Of a stretch of DNA of 64,000 nucleotides, positions 33,420 through 42,974 are shown piece by piece. The notes below the pieces were generated by a model. That model did no database searches and was not told the origin of the DNA. It saw nothing but the letters and a program-made list of their open reading frames with translations. The stretch's first letter is position 1; every line of letters starts with the position of its first letter. The position numbers and the translations under genes are program-made. This DNA is from Candidatus Marinacidobacterium sp. (GTDB lineage Bacteria > Acidobacteriota > Vicinamibacteria > Marinacidobacterales > Marinacidobacteraceae), in NCBI GenBank assembly GCA_965220965.1, contig OZ244852.1, positions 512,001 to 576,000 on the forward strand, read 5' to 3'.

Positions 33420-33478
33420 GGCGCGCGTCGAATTCTACGTACCAGGTCCCGCCGGTCCCGCGTCGCCCAGTCCCTGGA

Positions 33479-33886
33479 TCAGGAGCGCTGGCGGCGGTGG
33501 CTGACGGCCACCCGTCGGCGCAGCGAGCGCCTTCCGCTCTCCGCGCGGGCCGCGACCGGGGCGAAGCGGAAACCGCCCCGCCGCTTCGGTATGCGGCTGT
33601 CGAACTCCTCCCGCGTCACGCCGGGGATCCGCACCACCTTCCACGGCATCCGGCGCCCGGACAGGATTTCGATCGCCTCGCGGCGGGCGCCGCAGAGCCG
33701 CGCCAGCAGCGCGCAGAGGCGCGCGTTGGCGAGTCCCGGGTCGGGGCCCGACCGGACCCAGGCCCGGTAGGTCCCGTCCTGGTAGAGCGCAATCCGTTCG
33801 ATGGGGCTCTCCGGGCTCACCCGGATGCGCACGACGACGCCCCGGAGGTCCTCCGTCCTGCGGGTCGGAGCGCCGCGCAGCGTCAA
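33479..33886 (-). CDS. DUF167 (YggU/UPF0235) family protein
   Basis: IRVSP...PDPGLANARLCALLA...IEILSG...K pattern. Confidence 0.65.
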   Translation of the reverse strand: MTLRGAPTRRTEDLRGVVVRIRVSPESPIERIALYQDGTYRAWVRSGPDPGLANARLCALLARLCGARREAIEILSGRRMPWKVVRIPGVTREEFDSRIPKRRGGFRFAPVAARAESGRRSLRRRVAVSHRRQRS

Positions 33887-36800
33887 GACCCGCCATCCTC
33901 CTCCGACTCTTCCTCCGGCGGTTCGGGGGGACGGGGACGGTCCAGCCGGATCGAGATGCCGCCGAAGAACTCACGAACGGTGCGGTTCACCTGGTGGTCC
34001 CCGTCCAGCAGGTACTGCAGGATGGCGCGGTCCCACGCCAGCCCCGCCGAGGCGACCAGCTTCATCCAGTCGCCGCGGGCCGGTTCGTCGGGGGCTTCGG
34101 TGCCTCCCGACCAGATCGTGATCTTCGGGTCGTAGGAGAAGCCCCGGCCGGAACCCGAAGCCCGCCGCCCCTTGATCGGCATCTGGATGTTGACGCCGTT
34201 GTGGAGATTCATGCGGAACACGTCGGGGTCGAACTGCATGCCGTAGCGCCGGTAGCGGTCGTAGTTCCTCTCGTTCATCGCCGCCACCGGGCCGGTCCCC
34301 TGGATCGCGTCGGTGATGTAGCGGCGTATCCGGAGCGCCTCCTCCTTGTGGCGGGGCAGCTCGGGATCGTCCACCACGTCGAAGCCCGGCATGAACCAGC
34401 CCTTGTTGAGGCCCCAGTTCCTTTCGGTCCGCCGTCCGGCGCGCACCAGGCCGCTGAACTCGCTGAACAACTGGACGAGCTGGTGCGCCGGGTAGCCGTG
34501 AGGATTCAGCACGATGTCGGGCAGCCACATCCGCCACAGCCGCGGCCGCACTTCGGCCTCCGGGTAGATGGGCATCGAGTCCCCCGCGTCGGAGGTCGAA
34601 TCCATGCCCAGCGAGGCCCAGTATCCGGCGTGCAGGATGTGCTCCGGGTTGTACTGGTGCATGTCCCAGGCGAGCTGCGCCCCATCGGGGTTCTGGACGG
34701 GGTGGATCACCACCTGGACCCGGTCGAGCGCCTCCTTCTCCTCGGGATCGGTGAGGAGCATTTCGGCCAGGCGGAGCACGTGCGAGGTGGACGAGACTTC
34801 GTTGGCGTGCTGGCGGGCGGTGTAGATGATCGTCGGCTTCAGGAGGCTCGCCTTCCTGCGGGACATGTGGCTCGCCACGATCTCCGGCATCAGGTCCATC
34901 GCCCAGATGGGCCGCCCCAGATAGCTCTCGCCGATCCGATAGACGGTCGCCTCCGGAAACTCCGCCATCCGGGCCAGGATGCCGTTGGCCTCGGGCGGTG
35001 AGATCGGCGTGTCCCACTGCACGAGCTGGTCCGCGTTCCCGGTCTCCCCGCGGAACGCGGTGATGTCGGGGAACGGAGGGGGCTCCCCGTTGGCCGGAAG
35101 GCTCACCGTCCGTTCGCTGTCCGCCTCCTCCTCCCAGGTCCATCCGGCCGCAAGGTCGAGTTCTCCGAGCCCCGCGAAGGCGAGTTCGCTCCGGTAAAGG
35201 CCCGCCTCGCGCAGGTCTCCCAGGATCTCCAACGTCCGCGTCGCCTGCCGCGCCGAGAGAATCCGCTCATCCGTCGGGTCCTCTCCGTAGCGCTCGACAT
35301 ACCAGGGGCGCTCGTCGGCGTCAGTGTCCACCTTGACCCGGAGCTCGAGTCGCTCCACCCCTGACTCTCCGCTCCGCGCGGTCAGGGCGCGCGCCCGGGG
35401 CCGGTCCACCTCGACCTGGGACAGGTTGCGCCGGATCTCGCCGGTCGCTCCGTCGCTCGTCGCGTACTCCACGACGACCGCCGGGCGGCTCGTCCGGAAG
35501 CCGGTGAACCGGATCCGGGCTGTCCCGGGAGAGCCGTCCATCTTCCCCCGCATCTCGGGAATGACCCGGCCCGGGTAGGTCAGCTCGGTCCCCATCGCGT
35601 TGCGTCCGATGAGGCGCAGGAAGGTGTGCGTCACGAAGTAGATGTCCTCGTGAAGCGCGTCGTGCGTCGACTCGATCTCCTGCTCGACTCCGAGCAGGCG
35701 CTCGGGTTCGGACAGCGACAGAACCACGTGGAGTTCGCCGAAGTAGGGGGCGTCCGCCGGCCCCCGGGGCTTGCCCTCGTGGAGCTCCATCACGTAGTCG
35801 TAGACCCGCGCCAGCGTGTCGGACTGGTAGTGGTCCCAGAAGGACTCGGCGTCGGTGGCGATCCTCTCGTCGAGCACCGTTCGCCCCTCCACTTCGGCGG
35901 TGATCCCTCCGGTGGGCGCCTGGATCCACTCGTAGTCGGGGTAACGGTCCAGGAACGGCCGCCTCGCCATGCGCGGTTCGAAGACCTCGTTCAGCAGGAC
36001 CTCGCCGCCGGCGCCCTCGGCCACGATCTGGTAGCCGGGCGCGTCTTCCTCCTCGCGCATCTCGTAACCGATATCGCCCAGATCCATCGAGAGCGCTTCG
36101 GCGAGGATCTCGTCCGCCGGGAACATCGCGTGCTGGAGGCGCAGCGGGGTGTGCATGGCCTGCTGCGGCCAGTTTTCGGGCGGTCGGTGGCGGCGGAACA
36201 GCATGCGGACCCGCTCGGGCGCCGAGCCGGACTCCCTGAGCTCCAGGAGCCGGGGCAGGACGACCTCCTCCACCCAGCTGTAGCCCTGCCGGTAGGCGGA
36301 CAGGATCCGGACCTCGGGGGACGGCGCGCCGCGCGCGATGAGCTGCTCCCGCAGGTCCTCGGCGAGCGCGGCGCGGATTTCCGCTGGCTCGCTCAGCAGC
36401 GCCTCGACCTCGACGCGATCTCCGCGCCCGACCGCGGGAAGCAGGCGCGCGCTCACGATCTCCCGGAAGGCCTCCACTTCGGAGGGGACGGCGAACTCTT
36501 CCTCATGGAGCACCGCGGCGTTCTCCACGTTCCGGTCATCCAGTTCTACTTCTGTCTCCCCGAGCCCCAGCGTCCGCGCGTGGTTGGCCAGGAAGCCATC
36601 GAGGCCCGGCGCCGGGTCCTTGACCGAAACCAGAATCCGCGAGCTCTCGATTCCGAGGTGGCCGATTTCGGCGGCGATCCCTTCGAGCCGGTAGGCGGCG
36701 GCCGCCGCCTGCGCCGCCGGCGTGCGGATCCTCAGGAAGCGCCACATGGCGTCCTCGACCGCGATGACGGTCGGATGGTCCTTGTTCCGGGCGCCGGCGT

Positions 36801-38055
36801 CGAGGTGGGGAAGCGCGAGCGCCGCCTGCTCGAGGGCGCGGACCAGTCCGTCCCGGTCGCCCCCGGTGATCACGAAGGCGGCCTTGTCGCCGAAGGCCTC
36901 GGGAACGACTCCCACATGGCCCTCGGCGGACGCCAGTTCGGGCAGCTTTCCCCGGGTCCGGAGGTCTTCCAGCAGCGGGTTGGCCCCGGGGGTTCCCGTC
37001 AGGATGAGCGTCGGGGCGCGCTCCGGCTCGGTGACCGCCGCGGCATCCACCGCAACCGGAAAATCGAGCCCGGCCGACTCCAGCCCCAGACGGGCGGCGA
37101 ACGCCAGGACCGCCTGCGGGGCTTCGTCGGTCACCACCAGCCGCGCGTCCAGCCGGTCCGGAATGCGGTCGCCGTTGGCGTCGCCGAGCAGGCCGTCGGG
37201 CTCGAAGAGAGCCCCGAGCCCGATGCCGTCCTTGCCGCCCAACCCCGGGCGCCCGGAGACGGGCCCCGCCTCCGGGGCGGGGGGATCGTGGTTCACGGTG
37301 GCCTCTTCGACGCCTCCGGGATGGGTCGCCCGGATCACCAGCGCGGCGAGACTGTCGAACCGCAGCTCGTCCGGGCCGGACTCCGCGGCCGAACGAATCC
37401 GGGACGCGGCGGACGCGTCCTCGGTCGCGACCCGGACTTCGGCGGCCGCCAGATGATCGGCGCCGGCTTCGACCTCCACCCGGACGGTGCGCGCCGAACC
37501 GCCTGCGCCTCCCGCATCCAACACAGCGGTCTCGACCTCCGTCAGCGTGGCGCCGTCGGCCCGGAACAACCGGGGGGATCGCGACGCGAGCCACTGCGCC
37601 GCGGCGGCAAGACCCGCCTCGTCGCCCCCCAGGACGGCGATGACCGGATCGTCCTCGCTCCCGACGACTTCCACGACTCCCCGACCGGGTTCGGGAAACG
37701 AATCCCGGGTCACGCCCAGCGCGGCGAGGGCGTCCCTCCCCACCGCGATCGCGAGGCCGGTCTCGCCGCCGAGAGGAAGATCGAGCGCGAGAGTCTCAAG
37801 TCCCAGACGGGCCGCGATGTCGGCCGCCGCCGCCACCTCGGCCGCGGAGGGGTCCGCGCCGAGCGCGATCCGGGCGCGCAGCCGATCGGCGACTCCGTCG
37901 CCATTCGTGTCTTCCAGCGCGGCGTCAGGTCCGACCCGGTAGAGGGCTGAAAGGGACACGCGGCCCGCCTGGCCGGCGGCCGGAGTCGCCGCGCAGACGA
38001 GCGAGAGCCCGACCATCGCCAGGCCCGGGCGTCGGAACAGGGGGACGGTGCGCAT
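33883..38055 (-). CDS. Large secreted M14-family zinc carboxypeptidase-like protein
   Basis: Signal peptide; C-terminal GESYLGR, ARQHANE (HxxE), NPDG and LNPHG. Confidence 0.8.
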   Translation of the reverse strand: MRTVPLFRRPGLAMVGLSLVCAATPAAGQAGRVSLSALYRVGPDAALEDTNGDGVADRLRARIALGADPSAAEVAAAADIAARLGLETLALDLPLGGETGLAIAVGRDALAALGVTRDSFPEPGRGVVEVVGSEDDPVIAVLGGDEAGLAAAAQWLASRSPRLFRADGATLTEVETAVLDAGGAGGSARTVRVEVEAGADHLAAAEVRVATEDASAASRIRSAAESGPDELRFDSLAALVIRATHPGGVEEATVNHDPPAPEAGPVSGRPGLGGKDGIGLGALFEPDGLLGDANGDRIPDRLDARLVVTDEAPQAVLAFAARLGLESAGLDFPVAVDAAAVTEPERAPTLILTGTPGANPLLEDLRTRGKLPELASAEGHVGVVPEAFGDKAAFVITGGDRDGLVRALEQAALALPHLDAGARNKDHPTVIAVEDAMWRFLRIRTPAAQAAAAAYRLEGIAAEIGHLGIESSRILVSVKDPAPGLDGFLANHARTLGLGETEVELDDRNVENAAVLHEEEFAVPSEVEAFREIVSARLLPAVGRGDRVEVEALLSEPAEIRAALAEDLREQLIARGAPSPEVRILSAYRQGYSWVEEVVLPRLLELRESGSAPERVRMLFRRHRPPENWPQQAMHTPLRLQHAMFPADEILAEALSMDLGDIGYEMREEEDAPGYQIVAEGAGGEVLLNEVFEPRMARRPFLDRYPDYEWIQAPTGGITAEVEGRTVLDERIATDAESFWDHYQSDTLARVYDYVMELHEGKPRGPADAPYFGELHVVLSLSEPERLLGVEQEIESTHDALHEDIYFVTHTFLRLIGRNAMGTELTYPGRVIPEMRGKMDGSPGTARIRFTGFRTSRPAVVVEYATSDGATGEIRRNLSQVEVDRPRARALTARSGESGVERLELRVKVDTDADERPWYVERYGEDPTDERILSARQATRTLEILGDLREAGLYRSELAFAGLGELDLAAGWTWEEEADSERTVSLPANGEPPPFPDITAFRGETGNADQLVQWDTPISPPEANGILARMAEFPEATVYRIGESYLGRPIWAMDLMPEIVASHMSRRKASLLKPTIIYTARQHANEVSSTSHVLRLAEMLLTDPEEKEALDRVQVVIHPVQNPDGAQLAWDMHQYNPEHILHAGYWASLGMDSTSDAGDSMPIYPEAEVRPRLWRMWLPDIVLNPHGYPAHQLVQLFSEFSGLVRAGRRTERNWGLNKGWFMPGFDVVDDPELPRHKEEALRIRRYITDAIQGTGPVAAMNERNYDRYRRYGMQFDPDVFRMNLHNGVNIQMPIKGRRASGSGRGFSYDPKITIWSGGTEAPDEPARGDWMKLVASAGLAWDRAILQYLLDGDHQVNRTVREFFGGISIRLDRPRPPEPPEEESEEDGGS

Positions 38056-38130
38056 ACTTGTGCCCTACCTCTCCGCTTCGGGGAGCGGAGAGGCGATTGT
38101 AGGGGGTGAGGCGGGCCGCGCTCTCCCGCT

Positions 38131-39303
38131 ATGCTCGGTCCGGTGCGGGGCGGGAAACGGGTTCTCGGGGTCCGGGGGCTCGCGGCGGCGGCCCTGCTGG
38201 CGGGTTCCGCCTGCGCCGGAGAGGTGTGGCCCGGACCGGAGGCGACCCGCGAGGCGCTGGACCGGCTCCACGCCCAGGTCCGGAGCCGGGTGCTGGCCGG
38301 GAACCTGGCGCGCGCTGACGGGTTCGCCTACGCGGTCGACATCGGGGAGCTGATGCGGGTGGCCGCCCGGCTGCGGGACGAGGAGCTCTACGACGCGCTT
38401 CGGGCGTTCGCCCTGCGTCGACTCATCGTGGACGACCCGGACGATCCGTTCACCCGGGGTTTCGTGGTGTGGCGGCGGACCCCCGAAGCCGCGGGCGGGA
38501 GCGACGATCCGGACGCCTCGGGGACCACCGAGGCGCTCCGCGTTTCCCAGGGGCTGTGGGAAGGGGCGGCGGCGTTCGGAAGACCCGAGGACCGCGACCT
38601 CGCGCTCACCGTCCTGGACGGGTACGCCCGGCACGCCGCCGAGCGGAGCGGCCTCCTGCTCATCCGGAACTACTTCAATTTCGGCAGCCGCGACTTCGCC
38701 ACGAACTCGTTCCTGGTGGACTACGCCCCCGACTACGTGGCCGAAGTGGCCCGCGCCGAAGGGCGCGCGGATCTGGCGGAACTCGCGGCGGGCAGCTACG
38801 AGCTGCTGCGGGAGGCCGAAACGCCCGTCGGACTGCTCTACGACGTCTTCCAGCCGGAGATGGCGACCCTCTACGACGACGAACGGACGCTGATCCACTC
38901 GCCCCGCGACATCGTCCAGACCTCGAACGCGGCGGCGATCGCGGCCACCGCGCTCGAAGGGGCGCCCGAAGTGGCGGAGCGAGTGCTCCGGTTCTGTCGG
39001 GAGCGGATGCCCGGGCTGCGTCTCGCCTACTACGGCAGGACGGGGGAGGAAGCGCGGGAGAAACGGCCCGGAGTCGAGATCTGGGGCTCGCTGACCGAGA
39101 TGAGCGTCCGGCGCTCCGACGAGGCCGCGCTGCGCGACTTCGCCCCCTTTCTGGTCACGAACGCCGGCGTGGACCGGATCCCCGAGGACGCCTTCCTCTA
39201 CGTGGCGGCGCACCTGCTGTTCGGACTCGAGGCCCTCGACCGCCACTTCGGGACGCCCCGCGAGGGCGGTGTGACCCGAACGGCCCCGGCGCCTTCCGGC
39301 TGA
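38131..39303 (+). CDS. Hypothetical exported protein (possibly an (alpha/alpha)-barrel glycosidase-like fold)
   Basis: Signal-like N-terminus; helical; DASGTTEALR acidic motif; coupled to the downstream gene (TGATG). Confidence 0.5.
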   Translation: MLGPVRGGKRVLGVRGLAAAALLAGSACAGEVWPGPEATREALDRLHAQVRSRVLAGNLARADGFAYAVDIGELMRVAARLRDEELYDALRAFALRRLIVDDPDDPFTRGFVVWRRTPEAAGGSDDPDASGTTEALRVSQGLWEGAAAFGRPEDRDLALTVLDGYARHAAERSGLLLIRNYFNFGSRDFATNSFLVDYAPDYVAEVARAEGRADLAELAAGSYELLREAETPVGLLYDVFQPEMATLYDDERTLIHSPRDIVQTSNAAAIAATALEGAPEVAERVLRFCRERMPGLRLAYYGRTGEEAREKRPGVEIWGSLTEMSVRRSDEAALRDFAPFLVTNAGVDRIPEDAFLYVAAHLLFGLEALDRHFGTPREGGVTRTAPAPSG

Positions 39304-40919
39304 TGGCCGCCGCCGGACTCGCAGGGATCGTGAAGGAGAGGCCGGCGTCGAAGGTGCTCGTTCCGATCGGCGCGCTCCTGGCCCTGAACCTCCTTCTGGG
39401 CCTCGAGGCCTCGCACACTGCGCCCTGGGTCGTTCCGAGCGCGGCCGTTTCGCCCGACCTGCTGGTGCTCGCGCTGGCGGGCGGTCTCCTGGCGGGGAGA
39501 CCGATCCGGTGGCCGGGCCGCGTCCGCGCGGGCCGCTATCTGCTCGCGGCGATCCTCTTCCTGGCGGCGGCGCTGCGCATCGCCGAGCGCGTCGCGCTCC
39601 AGTTGCTCGGCCGGCCGCTCGACCCGGCGGGGGATCTGCCCCACGTGGGCAACGTCGCCGGGATGCTCGCCACCGCGGCGTCCGATATCCGCGTCGCCAT
39701 CGCCTTCGTGGGCGCCGGAATCGCGGTGGCCGGGGCCGCGGCGCTGGTCTTCGCCGGGCTGGGGAGCCTCGACGGGCTCCGGCGACGGATGCGTCCGGCC
39801 CCGGGCCGCGCGATCGCCGCGGTGGCGGCGCTCCTGCTCCTGGTCCCCGCGGTTCATCCTCCCGGCGGGTCCGCCACCTGGCTGCTGGCCCGGACCGCGT
39901 CCGCCTCGCTCCGGCCGGCGGTGGAGTTGAGCGAGCCCCCCCTTCCGCCCGCGCCCGATCTCGGCGGCGCCGACCTGCTCGTGGTGTTCGTCGAGTCGTA
40001 TGGCGTGGCGGCCTTCGACGACCCCGAGCGGAGGAAGCGGCTGGCGGCGGCCGCCGAGACCCTCGCCATCGACGCCGAGGCCGGCGGGTTCGACTTCCGT
40101 TCGGCGCAGATCCAGAGCCCGACCTTCGGCGGCGGCTCCTGGAAGGCGCACGCCGCGCTGTTGTCCGGAGTCTGGGTGGACGACGAGGAGCGGTACCGGG
40201 CGCTCGTCCGGTCGGACCGGCGGAGTCTGGTCCGGCGCCTCGCCGCGGCCGGGTACCGCACCGTCGCTTTCGAACCCGGGATCCAGGGGCCCTGGCCCGA
40301 AGGGGCGTGGTACGGCTTCGACCGGGTCTACGACGCCGCCGCCATCGGCTATGACGGACCGCGCATCGGCTGGTGGCGGGTTCCGGACCAGTTCACCCTC
40401 TACGCCCTCCACAATCAGGAGCTTGCTGACGCCGCCCAGCCGGTCTTCGCCAAGGTGTCTCTCATCATGAGCCACATTCCGTACTGGCCGGTGCCCGTCT
40501 ATGTCACGCCCTGGAGCCGCTTTGACGACCACACCGCGTACGACGGGCCGCTGCGCTCGGTGGCGCACGACGACGCCCGCGACCAGGCCGAGCTCTCGGA
40601 GCGCTACGTCCAGAGTCTCGAACACCAGTACCGGATCCTCGGCGGGTTCCTTCGGGAGTTCGTTCCCCGCCGGGCGCTCGTGGTCGTGATCGGGGATCAC
40701 CAGCCTCCCCGACTGAGTCTGCACGACTCCGACACCTGGGCGACTCCCATCCACCTCTTCTCCCAGGACGCGACCCTCCTCGAGCCCTTCGGGCGGCTCG
40801 GCTTCTCCCGGACGCTCTTCCCGGAGATCGGGACGTCGTGGCGCATGAGCGACTTCCCTCGCGATCTGGCCCGGCTGTTCCCGCCCGCCGAAGCGCTGGT
40901 TTCCGCCGAAGCCCCGTGA
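39303..40919 (+). CDS. Membrane-anchored alkaline phosphatase/sulfatase superfamily protein (LtaS/OpgB-like architecture)
   Basis: N-terminal TMs; VFVESYG, SPTFGGGSW, SHIP and GDHQP metal/nucleophile motifs. Confidence 0.75.
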   Translation: MAAAGLAGIVKERPASKVLVPIGALLALNLLLGLEASHTAPWVVPSAAVSPDLLVLALAGGLLAGRPIRWPGRVRAGRYLLAAILFLAAALRIAERVALQLLGRPLDPAGDLPHVGNVAGMLATAASDIRVAIAFVGAGIAVAGAAALVFAGLGSLDGLRRRMRPAPGRAIAAVAALLLLVPAVHPPGGSATWLLARTASASLRPAVELSEPPLPPAPDLGGADLLVVFVESYGVAAFDDPERRKRLAAAAETLAIDAEAGGFDFRSAQIQSPTFGGGSWKAHAALLSGVWVDDEERYRALVRSDRRSLVRRLAAAGYRTVAFEPGIQGPWPEGAWYGFDRVYDAAAIGYDGPRIGWWRVPDQFTLYALHNQELADAAQPVFAKVSLIMSHIPYWPVPVYVTPWSRFDDHTAYDGPLRSVAHDDARDQAELSERYVQSLEHQYRILGGFLREFVPRRALVVVIGDHQPPRLSLHDSDTWATPIHLFSQDATLLEPFGRLGFSRTLFPEIGTSWRMSDFPRDLARLFPPAEALVSAEAP

Positions 40920-41833
40920 CGGCGCTCCTTTCGTGGGCGGCGTTCAGCGGAGCGCTGGCCTTCGTCGGGGGCGTCGCGCTTCTGGGACTGCCGCTCGGCG
41001 GGGGCCTTCTGGGGTTGATCGGCGTGTTCCCGGTTCCGGTCCGGGCCGCGGCCGGGTCGGACCCGGCCGTCCGCGCTGTCCCGAAGCCGCTCGGCGTCCC
41101 GAACCGCCTGACCGTCGTCCGTCTGGCGCTGGTCGCGTCGCTCGCCGGACACGCGCTGTGGGCGGTGGTCTCCGGGGACTCCGGTCTCGCCGCGGCCGGG
41201 TGGGCGCCTTGCCTCGCCTACGCGGCGGCGGCGCTCGGGGACGGGCTCGACGGGCGCCTCGCCCGGCGCTCGGGCGCCGTCTCGGGCTTCGGCGCCCGGC
41301 TCGACGCCGAGACGGATGCGCTCGGGATCGCCGCCGCCAGCACGACGGCGGTCCTCGTGCTCGGCGTCCTCCCTGCGTGGTGCCTGGTCGCGGGCTTCGC
41401 CCGCTACCTGCTCGGGATCGGCCTGTTGTTCGAGCGCCGTCTGGGGCGTCCGCCGGGCCCCCTGCCGCCGAGCCCGTTCCGGCGGCGCCTCGCCGGATTC
41501 CAGATGGGGCTCCTCGCCGTCTGCCTCGCTCCGGGAATTCGCCCCGAGTGGGCCGCGCCCTCGGCGGTGGCGCTCGGCGGCCCCTTCCTGCTCGGGTTTC
41601 TGCGGGACTACCTGGCGGTGACCGGCCGGCTCGATCCCGCGGGCCGCGCCTCACGGGCGCTCCTTTCGTTTCTGAAGCGCGCTCGCCGTCCCGCGGCGTT
41701 GACGGCCGCCGTCGCCGCGGCGCTGCTCGGGGCTCTGCGACTGACCGGAGCTCCGACCGGGGCCTGGGCGCTCGCGGCGTTCTTTTTCGCCTGGCTTCTC
41801 GGACCGGAGCAGTCTCCGTCAGCCGACGACTGA
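40916..41833 (+). CDS. CDP-alcohol phosphatidyltransferase family protein
   Basis: PNRLTVVR and DGLDGRLARR...FGARLDAETD signature; GTGA overlap. Confidence 0.87.
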   Translation: MTALLSWAAFSGALAFVGGVALLGLPLGGGLLGLIGVFPVPVRAAAGSDPAVRAVPKPLGVPNRLTVVRLALVASLAGHALWAVVSGDSGLAAAGWAPCLAYAAAALGDGLDGRLARRSGAVSGFGARLDAETDALGIAAASTTAVLVLGVLPAWCLVAGFARYLLGIGLLFERRLGRPPGPLPPSPFRRRLAGFQMGLLAVCLAPGIRPEWAAPSAVALGGPFLLGFLRDYLAVTGRLDPAGRASRALLSFLKRARRPAALTAAVAAALLGALRLTGAPTGAWALAAFFFAWLLGPEQSPSADD

Positions 41834-42928
41834 GAGTCCGTCGAGCAGACGGACGACTGCGCCCAGGCTTTCGGACCAGGTGGGGTGGGCGCGGTGGCGG
41901 AGCGCCGCGGCCACCCCCATCGCGCCGAGGCGGTCGCGGTCGGCCGCGAGACCATCGAGGCGCGCGCTCAGCAGCCCGACGGCGGTGGGGTCGTCCGGTG
42001 GAACCAGGAAGCCGGTCCGGCCCTCCTCCACCAGCTCCACCGCGCCCCCGCGTCCGGCGGCCAGCGCGGGAAGTCCGAAGGCGAACCCCTCCAGGTAGAC
42101 CATCCCGAAGCCCTCATGCGTCGATGGGACGGCCAGCAACTGGCTGTCCCGCAGCAGCGCCGCGAGCCGGTTCGCCGCGAGAGGACCCTGGAAGGAAATC
42201 CGGCCAGCGAGATCCGGGCGGCGCGCCCGGGCCCGGACCCGCGCCGCATGGGCTGGATCGGCGTCCTCGCGCCCGGCCACCGCGAGGCGCCAGTCCCGAA
42301 CCTTCGCCAACGCTTCGAGGAGCTCGAGGAGCCGCTTGCGGGGGATCAGGTTCCCGACGAAGGCGACCTGGAGGCGGCGGTGGGCGCGGGCGCGGATCTC
42401 TCCTGGTCGGGGGCGGTCGTCGGGCAGCGGACTCCCGCCGAGCCGGTCGCGCCCCGGGGGCGCGATCGCGCAGGGCGGTCTCGCCCCGATGAGGCGCATC
42501 GCCGCCTCCACGGTGGCGCGGCTCGGACAAACGAGGGCGTCCACCGTGCGGAGATAGGCGGTCTCGCTTGCCCGGAGCCGCCTGCGTTCGTCGGCGCTCC
42601 GTTCCGGTTCGTCGCTCGCCAGGTGATGGACGAGGGCCACGATCGCGGGTCGCGGCGACCGGCTCGCCAGCGCGCGGTTCGCGGCCGCGAACTCCCGGTG
42701 GAGCAGTTCGTCCTGGATGACGACGGCTGCGCCCGCCGCTTCCGCCGCGCCCGGAGCCTCGCCCGGCGCGACAGCGTGGACGGTGACCGGGCGCCCCTGG
42801 CCCCGCAGGTGAGCCACCAGCTCGCGGTCGTAGAGGTTCCCGCCGGTGATCCGGTCGAGCGGCGGACCCCAGAAGGCGACCTGCCGGGCCGCGGGATAAT
42901 CCGGGGTCGCGGCCGGGTCTTCGCTCAA
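41819..42928 (-). CDS. Glycosyltransferase family 4
   Basis: TGGNLYDR, VGNLIPRK and PSTHEGFGMVYLE; start uncertain (TTG 42928). Confidence 0.85.
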   Translation of the reverse strand: MSEDPAATPDYPAARQVAFWGPPLDRITGGNLYDRELVAHLRGQGRPVTVHAVAPGEAPGAAEAAGAAVVIQDELLHREFAAANRALASRSPRPAIVALVHHLASDEPERSADERRRLRASETAYLRTVDALVCPSRATVEAAMRLIGARPPCAIAPPGRDRLGGSPLPDDRPRPGEIRARAHRRLQVAFVGNLIPRKRLLELLEALAKVRDWRLAVAGREDADPAHAARVRARARRPDLAGRISFQGPLAANRLAALLRDSQLLAVPSTHEGFGMVYLEGFAFGLPALAAGRGGAVELVEEGRTGFLVPPDDPTAVGLLSARLDGLAADRDRLGAMGVAAALRHRAHPTWSESLGAVVRLLDGLSVVG

Positions 42929-42974
42929 CGCTTCGCCCCCGAGACGTCCCTTACCGGCCTCAGGATGTGACTTC

